This document shows positions 26,018-32,000 of a stretch of DNA of 32,000 bases, one piece after another; the first letter of the stretch is position 1, and each line of letters opens with the position of its first letter. A model generated the notes under the pieces. That model worked only from the letters and a program-made list of their open reading frames with translations, had not been told where the DNA came from and searched no databases. Origin of the DNA: Vibrio cholerae ATCC 14035 (GTDB lineage: Bacteria > Pseudomonadota > Gammaproteobacteria > Enterobacterales > Vibrionaceae); assembly GCF_000621645.1 (NCBI RefSeq), contig NZ_JHXR01000014.1, positions 1 to 32,000 of the forward strand. Reading direction: 5' to 3'. The translations under genes were made by a program, and so were the position numbers.

Positions 26018-27025
26018 TCAAGCCAGTAAGGTGCGCAGTTTGGCGAGTAGGGTATCAATATCCTGACGTGTAATGTCTTTATGTGTCACGAAGCGCACTG
26101 GATTACCCGCGGTGATGATAATGCCTGCTTGGCGAAGTTGCTGGGCGATGGACTGGATATCGACTGTCGAGTCCAATTTAGCAAACACAATATTGGTCTG
26201 TACCCATTCGGTATTAACCGAAAACCCCGGTAAAGCATTCAGCCCCAAAGCCAGATGACGAGCATTATCATGATCGGTCTTGAGCTGCATGACTTGCTCG
26301 GTGAGCGCCAATTTCCCCGCTGCGGCTAAAATGCCCGCTTGGCGCATACCGCCACCGACCATTTTTCGCCAGCGTCTCGCTTTGGCAATAAAGTCCTTGG
26401 AACCGAGCAGTAACGAACCGACTGGCGCGGCTAAGCCTTTGGATAGACACACGGTGATCGAATCAAAATATTGCGCGATCTCTTTGACATCCACATCCAG
26501 TGCGACCGCCGCGTTGTAGACCCGAGCCCCATCAAGGTGCAGTTGCAAACCATGTTGATCAACAAACTCGCGCGCCTTCGCCAAATAACTGAGTGGAAGC
26601 ACTTTACCATTGATGGTGTTTTCCAAGCTGAGCAGTTTGGTGCGGGCAAAATGTGCATCATCCGGTTTGATCGCGGCTTTGAGTTTGGCGAAATCGAGTG
26701 TGCCATCCGGTTCATTGTCAATCGGTTGTGGCTGGATAGAGCCAAGTACGGCAGCACCGCCAGCTTCATAACGATAGTTATGGGCTTGCTGGCCACACAA
26801 ATATTCGTCGCCGCGTTCGCAATGGGCGAGTAAACCTAACAAATTGGCTTGAGTGCCTGAGGTGGTAAACAGCGCGGCTTCAAAGCCATGGCGCTCTGCC
26901 GCCCACTGTTCTAACTCGTTGACGGTGGGGTCATCGCCATACACATCGTCACCCACAGGGGCTTGTGCCATCGCTTGACGCATCGCGTCGGTCGGTTGGG
27001 TAACGGTATCCGATCGAAAGTCCAT
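26018..27025 (-). CDS. ltaE: Low-specificity L-threonine aldolase
   Basis: Colinear with E. coli LtaE from [12 protein letters not shown]: [18 protein letters not shown], a PLP-Lys block [12 protein letters not shown], and [18 protein letters not shown] chose the start at 27025, which matches the E. coli N-terminus. Confidence 0.85.
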   Translation of the reverse strand: MDFRSDTVTQPTDAMRQAMAQAPVGDDVYGDDPTVNELEQWAAERHGFEAALFTTSGTQANLLGLLAHCERGDEYLCGQQAHNYRYEAGGAAVLGSIQPQPIDNEPDGTLDFAKLKAAIKPDDAHFARTKLLSLENTINGKVLPLSYLAKAREFVDQHGLQLHLDGARVYNAAVALDVDVKEIAQYFDSITVCLSKGLAAPVGSLLLGSKDFIAKARRWRKMVGGGMRQAGILAAAGKLALTEQVMQLKTDHDNARHLALGLNALPGFSVNTEWVQTNIVFAKLDSTVDIQSIAQQLRQAGIIITAGNPVRFVTHKDITRQDIDTLLAKLRTLLA

Positions 27026-27033
27026 ATTTTCTC

Positions 27034-27549
27034 CTACAAATATCCGCAAAGTTTGGCTTTACTTAAACAAGCAATGGTTTTGGAATCGGTGATGTCGCCG
27101 AAAACAATTTTACGTTCTAATTCTTGTGGGGTAAGAAAGAGGACTTCAATCACTTCGTCCTCATCGCAAGAATAGCGCGCCGTTTTGCTTAGGTTTTTTG
27201 CGACAAACAGATGTTGAATTTCATCGCAGAAACCCGCGAGCGGCGTGACTTGACCGAGTTCGATAAATTGCTGAGCGCTAAAGCCGGTTTCTTCCTCCAA
27301 TTCGCGCTGCGCACAGGAAAGAGGCGGTTCCCCCTCTTCTATAGTGCCAGCAGGAAGTTCGAGTAACCATTTTTTGAGCGAAGGGCGAAATTGGCGTATC
27401 ACGACAATCTCGCCTTGGTCAGTCAGTGGCAAAATCACTGCCGCACCGGGGTGTGAAATCGTGGTATGTGTGACCGAGTGGCCATTCGGAAGCAAAACGT
27501 CCTCCTCGACCAGTGCGATGCTTTTCCATTGATGGATGATTTTGCTCAT
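27034..27549 (-). CDS. Nudix hydrolase (ADP-ribose pyrophosphatase-like)
   Basis: Nudix box GTIEEGEPPLSCAQRELEEETGF. I preferred the start at 27549 (MSKIIHQW..). The upstream in-frame ATG at 27591 cannot be excluded. Confidence 0.75.
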   Translation of the reverse strand: MSKIIHQWKSIALVEEDVLLPNGHSVTHTTISHPGAAVILPLTDQGEIVVIRQFRPSLKKWLLELPAGTIEEGEPPLSCAQRELEEETGFSAQQFIELGQVTPLAGFCDEIQHLFVAKNLSKTARYSCDEDEVIEVLFLTPQELERKIVFGDITDSKTIACLSKAKLCGYL

Positions 27550-27770
27550 GGAGTGTGTCTTGTCAAAATAAAGCGGTGATGAGGGAGTCACCTTACCTTA
27601 GGTTCAGTGGCATCCCCAAGAATAAATTGTACTTTTTGCGTCGTGTCTGTGGAAATGGCGAGAAGTTGAGCCGCTAAATGTGCAATCAATGATTACCAAT
27701 TGTTTCAAGGAAATGAGATCTGTTATAAGGATGCGCAAAACAAAAAATAGACTTTGTAACAAATCGACAA

Positions 27771-27862
27771 CAATTGTATAAAGCGATTGTTTATTGAAAC
27801 TATTGTTTATAGAGCGATTGTTTATAGAGCTATTGTTTATAGAAACAGTGCTTATTGAAAAC
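27771..27862. repeat. Iteron-like array of five to six 15-16 nt direct repeats (core ATTGTTTATAGAGC) upstream of ravA
   Basis: Units: CAATTGTATAAAGC (27771-27784, degenerate), GATTGTTTATTGAAAC (27785-27800), TATTGTTTATAGAGC (27801-27815), GATTGTTTATAGAGC (27816-27830), TATTGTTTATAGAAAC (27831-27846) and AGTGCTTATTGAAAAC (27847-27862). Confidence 0.9.
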
Positions 27863-27900
27863 GTGTTACCCAATTTGGGCTTTGTCTGAGGAATCAAGAG

Positions 27901-29559
27901 ATGCTGCAACCCACCCACAGCTCACATGCGCGCAAAGCGCTGCTTTCAGAGCGAATCAATAAGCTGGCCAAGGCGCTCTCTGATGGCGTGTATGAGCGTG
28001 AAAATACCATCAAGCTCTGTTTATTGACCGCCTTGGCTGGTGAAAGTGTGTTTTTGCTCGGCCCTCCGGGGATCGCCAAAAGCCTCATCGCTAAGCGTTT
28101 GATTCAAGCATTTGATAACAGCAGTTATTTTGAATACCTGATGACCCGCTTTTCAACCCCCGAAGAGGTGTTTGGGCCGCTGAGTATTCAAGAATTGAAA
28201 GACAATGGTCGTTATGTGCGCCTCACCCAAGGTTATTTGCCTACCGCACAGGTCGTGTTCTTGGATGAAATCTGGAAGGCGGGACCTGCCATCCTCAACA
28301 CCTTACTAACGGTTGTCAACGAGAAAACCTTCAAAAATGGCAGCGATATTGAGCGCGTACCGATGCGTCTCTTGGTGACGGCCTCCAATGAACTCCCAGA
28401 CGAAGACAGCGGCCTCGAAGCACTCTATGACCGTATGCTGGTACGAATTTTTGTAAATCGAATCCAAAACAAACAAAATTTCAAATCCATGCTTACCGTT
28501 GGTACAGCGCAAGAAGCGCAAATTCCAGCAGGGCTGGCGATCACCGATGAAGAGTATCACCAATGGCAGCAGCAACTGGATAAGCTTGAACTCAGTGATG
28601 ACGTTTTCGAAAAGCTCTACCAGTTGAAAACCATGGTTGAAGAGCGCTCAAAAGAGAGCGCGGGTTCAGATTTAGAGATGTATGTGTCTGACCGCCGTTG
28701 GAAAAAAGCGGCCAAACTTTTGAAAGCCAGTGCATTTTTTAATGGCCGAGACGAGATTAACCCATTAGATCTACTGCTGCTGCAAAACTGTTTGTGGAAT
28801 ACCCCAGAATCACATGATGTGGTGCATGAGGTGATCCGCGAATTTGCGCTGCGTTACGCCTTTGACCAAGCAGAAGTGGAGCAACAGCTCGATGTATGCC
28901 GACTTGAACTTGCCCAAATTCAAGAAGAGCTAGAGTCTGAGTTTGCCATGGTACTGTCACTGGAAACCACCAATGGCTTAATCAAAAAACAAGTTCATCA
29001 TCAATATGACCTGTCTGATGCCAAAATTTACAAAGTGGGCATGACGCCTGATTTGATTAAGCTAGTGTTATTGCAGAGCAATATGTCTGTTTCTGAAGGT
29101 GAGAAAGGCGATAGCCGTTGGATTTACGTACAGAAAAGTGAATTAGAGCGCGTGATTAAAGAAGGGCACGGCGAAGCCTATGGCTATGTGAACCAAAACA
29201 CCAATCTATGTCGCTTACGTTTTGACCTTGATGCCAGCAACAACTTGGTGATTAAAGATATTGCCAACCGCTCCGTACTTCTGGCGATGGTCACCAAACA
29301 AGGTTTAGATGAGTCGCTGTATCAGAATTGGTTGACGAAAGCGGATCAAGCCATGGCGCAGCTCACTCATGCGGAGCACCATTTACGTAAAGTGCGCCTC
29401 AAATTTCACGATGCGCTGCCGCACAGTTTCATCGATCCTGAATTGCCAACGGCAATGCAAGCGACCTTGCATGAGCTGCAGCAGCAGTTGGATGCCACTC
29501 AAGTTGAATGCGAGCGTAACGTGATGCGCATTCGTAACCTCAACCAATTTTTTGCTTAG
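27901..29559 (+). CDS. ravA: MoxR-family AAA+ ATPase RavA
   Basis: The first ~190 aa are almost colinear with E. coli RavA: YERENTIKLCLLTALAGESVFLLGPPGIAKSLIAKRL, FEYLMTRFSTPEEVFGPLSIQ, and Walker B VFLDEIWKAGPAILNTLLT. It is followed by viaA. Confidence 0.9.
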   Translation: MLQPTHSSHARKALLSERINKLAKALSDGVYERENTIKLCLLTALAGESVFLLGPPGIAKSLIAKRLIQAFDNSSYFEYLMTRFSTPEEVFGPLSIQELKDNGRYVRLTQGYLPTAQVVFLDEIWKAGPAILNTLLTVVNEKTFKNGSDIERVPMRLLVTASNELPDEDSGLEALYDRMLVRIFVNRIQNKQNFKSMLTVGTAQEAQIPAGLAITDEEYHQWQQQLDKLELSDDVFEKLYQLKTMVEERSKESAGSDLEMYVSDRRWKKAAKLLKASAFFNGRDEINPLDLLLLQNCLWNTPESHDVVHEVIREFALRYAFDQAEVEQQLDVCRLELAQIQEELESEFAMVLSLETTNGLIKKQVHHQYDLSDAKIYKVGMTPDLIKLVLLQSNMSVSEGEKGDSRWIYVQKSELERVIKEGHGEAYGYVNQNTNLCRLRFDLDASNNLVIKDIANRSVLLAMVTKQGLDESLYQNWLTKADQAMAQLTHAEHHLRKVRLKFHDALPHSFIDPELPTAMQATLHELQQQLDATQVECERNVMRIRNLNQFFA

Positions 29560-29567
29560 GTGTCATT

Positions 29568-31013
29568 ATGTTAGGGGCGGATGCGTTTAATCTGGTTGTT
29601 GCCATAGCAGAATCTGGCTTGATTGATACCGCCGTCAATGACTTGGTTGCGCGCTCCCAAGTGATGATGATGGCGGAAAACCGTGGTGTGGGCACGTCAG
29701 TGAAAAATCATCTGATCAAGTGGCGCACCAGCGTTCGTCGTCGAATGACCAAAGTGTGTGAAACTGAACGTTTCCAACGTGAGTTAGCCCTCTACCAAGA
29801 AGTGATTCACTGGGATGAAGAGACGTTTTTTACGCAAGTTCCAGACGTGGTGAAGAAACTGGAATGGGACTCCGCATTCTATTTAGAAGCGCGCCGCTTG
29901 CTCGAAAAAGAGAAGCTGCATCATAACCCCATGTTCCCTCATTTCTTTTGTGATCAGTGGTATAAATCACTGTCTGATGCGATTCGCCAAGCGCAGGTGA
30001 TCGAACTTAAAGCCAACAAAGAGCGTATGTTGGCTGATCTCTATCAGCGTATGGAAACCATGCGTAATATGGATAAGGTCACTGAAGCGGGGGATGAAGC
30101 GATCGTCGGCCGACTTTGGGATATGGCGGCGGCGAAATTGAGCCGCAATGACCTCACGGTCATGAAGCGTTACGCGGAGTTTCTCAAAAAACACAAAGGC
30201 ATGCAGGAAATCGCCGAGCAGCTCGGGCGAATGGCTGGACAGGTTGACGATCCGGACCTAAATCGTGCGCCCGCTGAAGAGATGCAAATGGTCGAAGAGC
30301 GTTCAGATGAAGCGACCGATGACATTGTGGGTATCCACGAAAGTGACGATTTGAATAAGCTACTGCCCAACGAAACCATGTTTTTAGCTTATCCAGAGCT
30401 GGAAGTGGTGTTTTATAAGCACTTGGTCGATAAACGGTTAATGAACTATCGCATGCAGGGGAAATCACGCACTCTGCGTAAGGTGCGTGCCCATCGTCCT
30501 GACAACAAACAGGTTGATATCGAAAAAGGGCCGTTCATTCTCTGTATTGATGCCTCAGGATCCATGAGTGGTTTTCCCGAGCAGTGTGCCAAAGCCATGG
30601 CTTACGCGCTGATGCAAATTGCGTTGGCAGAAGATCGTGATTGTTATGTGATGCTGTTTTCTTCCGAGTTCATTACCTACGAATTGACTCGCCAAGATGG
30701 GCTGCGCGAAGCGAGTGATTTCTTAAGTTATTCGTTTCATGGCGGTACAGATTTTGAGCCCGTGATCCTCAAATCGATTGAACTCATGAGCAGTGATAAG
30801 TATCGCAATGGCGATTTGGTTGTGATGTCCGATTTCATTGCACCCAAACAAAGTGACGAACTGCTGGCGCAAGTGGCGGAACTTAAAACGCGCAAAAACC
30901 GTTTTCATGCCATAAGCCTATCAAAATACGGCAACCCGCAGTTGATGAGTATGTTTGATCACTGCTGGAGCTATCATCCGAGCTTGGTTGGGCGGCTAAT
31001 GAAGAAGTGGTAA
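29568..31013 (+). CDS. viaA: VWA-domain protein ViaA (RavA partner)
   Basis: The 481-aa ORF has a C-terminal von Willebrand A domain with MIDAS motif LCIDASGSMSG. It starts 8 nt after the ravA stop, with AGGTG upstream. Confidence 0.85.
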   Translation: MLGADAFNLVVAIAESGLIDTAVNDLVARSQVMMMAENRGVGTSVKNHLIKWRTSVRRRMTKVCETERFQRELALYQEVIHWDEETFFTQVPDVVKKLEWDSAFYLEARRLLEKEKLHHNPMFPHFFCDQWYKSLSDAIRQAQVIELKANKERMLADLYQRMETMRNMDKVTEAGDEAIVGRLWDMAAAKLSRNDLTVMKRYAEFLKKHKGMQEIAEQLGRMAGQVDDPDLNRAPAEEMQMVEERSDEATDDIVGIHESDDLNKLLPNETMFLAYPELEVVFYKHLVDKRLMNYRMQGKSRTLRKVRAHRPDNKQVDIEKGPFILCIDASGSMSGFPEQCAKAMAYALMQIALAEDRDCYVMLFSSEFITYELTRQDGLREASDFLSYSFHGGTDFEPVILKSIELMSSDKYRNGDLVVMSDFIAPKQSDELLAQVAELKTRKNRFHAISLSKYGNPQLMSMFDHCWSYHPSLVGRLMKKW

Positions 31014-31165
31014 CTTGAATGCTTCATACCCAACGACGGGAAGTAGCAGGTCGTCAACGCCACTGCTGCTTCAAATCAGAAGAGAATAGGTTGGTTTGCT
31101 TGCGGCGGTCAGTTGAGCAGATTGCGCTAAATCTCAGCAAACGATCCGGCATTTCATTTTTTTGT

Positions 31166-31193
31166 TTGACTCAGTTCGCATAATCCGTAAAGT
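31166..31193 (+). promoter_or_regulatory. Candidate sigma-70 promoter for tRNA-Cys
   Basis: TTGACT (31166-31171), a 16-nt spacer, then TAAAGT (31188-31193). An A/T-rich UP-like tract lies upstream, and a GC-rich discriminator (ACGCAGCGC) typical of stable-RNA promoters lies downstream. Confidence 0.4.
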
Positions 31194-31236
31194 ACGCAGC
31201 GCAAGCAACGAAGCAAATCCTTCGTTTGACTTCAGA

Positions 31237-31310
31237 GGCGCGTTGGCAGAGTGGCCATGCAGCGGATTGCAAATCCGTGAACCTCGGTTCGACTCCGGGA
31301 CGCGCCTCCA
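31237..31310 (+). tRNA. tRNA-Cys (anticodon GCA), CCA encoded
   Basis: A 74-nt cloverleaf. The acceptor stem is GGCGCGT/ACGCGCC, the anticodon arm is GCGGA-TTGCAAA-TCCGT, and the T loop is GGTTCGACTCC. It is nearly identical in its arms to E. coli tRNA-Cys. Confidence 0.95.
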
Positions 31311-31331
31311 TTTCTTTTGAAGTCATCGCTT

Positions 31332-31356
31332 AAGCCAGCCAAGTGCTGGTTTTTTT
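31332..31356 (+). terminator. Rho-independent terminator after tRNA-Cys
   Basis: The CCAGC / GCTGG stem (extendable to AAGCCAGC/GCTGGTTT) has loop CAAGT and is followed by a T7 run (31350-31356). Confidence 0.6.
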
Positions 31357-31605
31357 GTGTCTGCGTTTCTTCAATCGAGTCCCCACTCTATATTCTATTT
31401 ATATCTCATCGCTCCCTACTGAGTATTTCCGGTTTACTTATCACGCTTTATGCATTTGGTTGTGGTTTAACCAGTCGTTTTTGCTATTCTTATGACGTTT
31501 TTTTATACAAATAGTCTGTGGTTTTGGTTTTTATACATTTTTATTGCATAAAAATACGTTCGTAGTAGTATGAACGCCAGATGATAATTAATGCAGTATG
31601 TCCGC

Positions 31606-32000
31606 ATGAGTATTCGAGTTAAAGGAATTAACAAGTCTTATGGCACCACTCAGGTGCTGCACGACATCCACTTTGAATGTGCGAGTGGTGAAACTTTGGT
31701 GTTACTTGGCCCTAGTGGCGCGGGTAAAAGCTCACTGCTGCGTGTGCTCAATCTTCTTGAAACTGCCGATAACGGTCAACTGCATATCGCCAATCAATCG
31801 TTTGATTTCTCAACGCATCCGACTGAACAGCAAGGCTTAGCGCTACGTCGCAAAGTGGGCATGGTGTTTCAGCAATACCATTTATGGCCGCATATGACCG
31901 TGCTGGAAAATCTGGTGGAAGCCCCCGTGAAAGTCGCAGGTATGGCGAAATCGCAAGCCAAACAGCAAGCCATCGAGATCCTGAAAACGTTGCAACTGGC
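31606..32000 (+). CDS. artP: Arginine ABC transporter ATP-binding protein ArtP (5' part; runs off the right edge)
   Basis: The ATG at 31606 opens MSIRVKGINKSYGTTQVLHDIHFECASGETLVLLGPSGAGKSSLLRVLNLLE...GMVFQQYHLWPHMTVLENL. This is colinear with E. coli ArtP. It is missing from the ORF track only because no stop lies inside the window. Confidence 0.9.
   Translation, partial: MSIRVKGINKSYGTTQVLHDIHFECASGETLVLLGPSGAGKSSLLRVLNLLETADNGQLHIANQSFDFSTHPTEQQGLALRRKVGMVFQQYHLWPHMTVLENLVEAPVKVAGMAKSQAKQQAIEILKTLQL

Noticed and set aside
25890-26021. Longer cytochrome c ORF start (146 aa)
   Set aside because: The extension overlaps the ltaE stop, runs through a strong hairpin and precedes an obvious signal peptide. 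The internal ATG at 25889 has a GGAG ribosome-binding site.
27026-27049. Extended ltaE start (MRIFVGEN-) overlapping the Nudix gene
   Set aside because: The E. coli LtaE N-terminus aligns with [12 protein letters not shown], and the shorter start removes the overlap. The analogous Nudix extension (27550-27591) is also disfavoured but not excluded.
27604-27918. 104-aa minus-strand ORF (…SINNSSINNRSINNSFNK…) in the ravA upstream region
   Set aside because: Its low-complexity SINN repeats are just the translation of the 15-16 nt DNA repeat array. It has no ribosome-binding site, overlaps the ravA start, and has AT-rich non-coding composition.
31040-31072. 10-bp hairpin (GAAGTAGCAG…CTGCTGCTTC) after viaA as an intrinsic terminator
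   Set aside because: It has no U-run on the plus strand and a 13-nt loop. It may stabilise the 3' end, but I cannot call it a terminator.
31317-31514. 65-aa hydrophobic ORF directly after tRNA-Cys
   Set aside because: It starts inside the tRNA terminator region, has no SD, lies in AT-rich sequence, and has an odd Cys/Phe/Ser-rich composition. It is most likely non-coding.
31640-31840. 66-aa ORF from the track near the right edge
   Set aside because: It is the wrong frame of artP. The real frame starts at 31606 and was omitted from the track only because it has no stop within the window.

Overview
This looks like a Vibrio chromosomal segment from the V. cholerae clade, judged from gene content and order only. 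I recall ravA-viaA, galE and artP lying on the small chromosome in V. cholerae, but I could not verify that. About 30 kb is conserved core or metabolic genes. In order: a DUF2238 membrane protein, an orphan J-domain protein, a PF09818-type ABC-ATPase, a GAF-GGDEF-EAL protein, a FabV/TER-family enoyl reductase, tesA divergent from ybbA-ybbP, ugd, an orphan FAD oxidoreductase, pxpA-pxpB-pxpC, galE, an MCP, tyrP, acpH, an rhlE-like helicase, a TetR regulator, a mono-haem cytochrome c, ltaE, a Nudix hydrolase, ravA-viaA, tRNA-Cys and the 5' part of artP. Only the left ~1.8 kb is clearly mobile DNA. It holds the end of an IS911-like IS3-family element that abuts, and appears to truncate, an AT-rich tyrosine integrase gene. 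Any island cargo lies outside the window to the left. I found no self-contained new multi-gene system here: no CRISPR array, no toxin-antitoxin pair and no defence-type gene set. The best leads are small or non-coding: (1) an iteron-like array of five to six 15-16 nt direct repeats immediately upstream of ravA; (2) the tesA/ybbA-ybbP module, whose divergent start codons overlap in one CATG; (3) an untracked 39-codon acidic ORF with a perfect Shine-Dalgarno upstream of acpH; (4) a cluster of DnaA-box matches in the ybbP-ugd spacer; (5) a 3 x 16 nt tandem repeat splitting pxpB from pxpC; (6) the decayed integrase/IS island edge. All functional calls rest on motif recognition by eye and need database confirmation.
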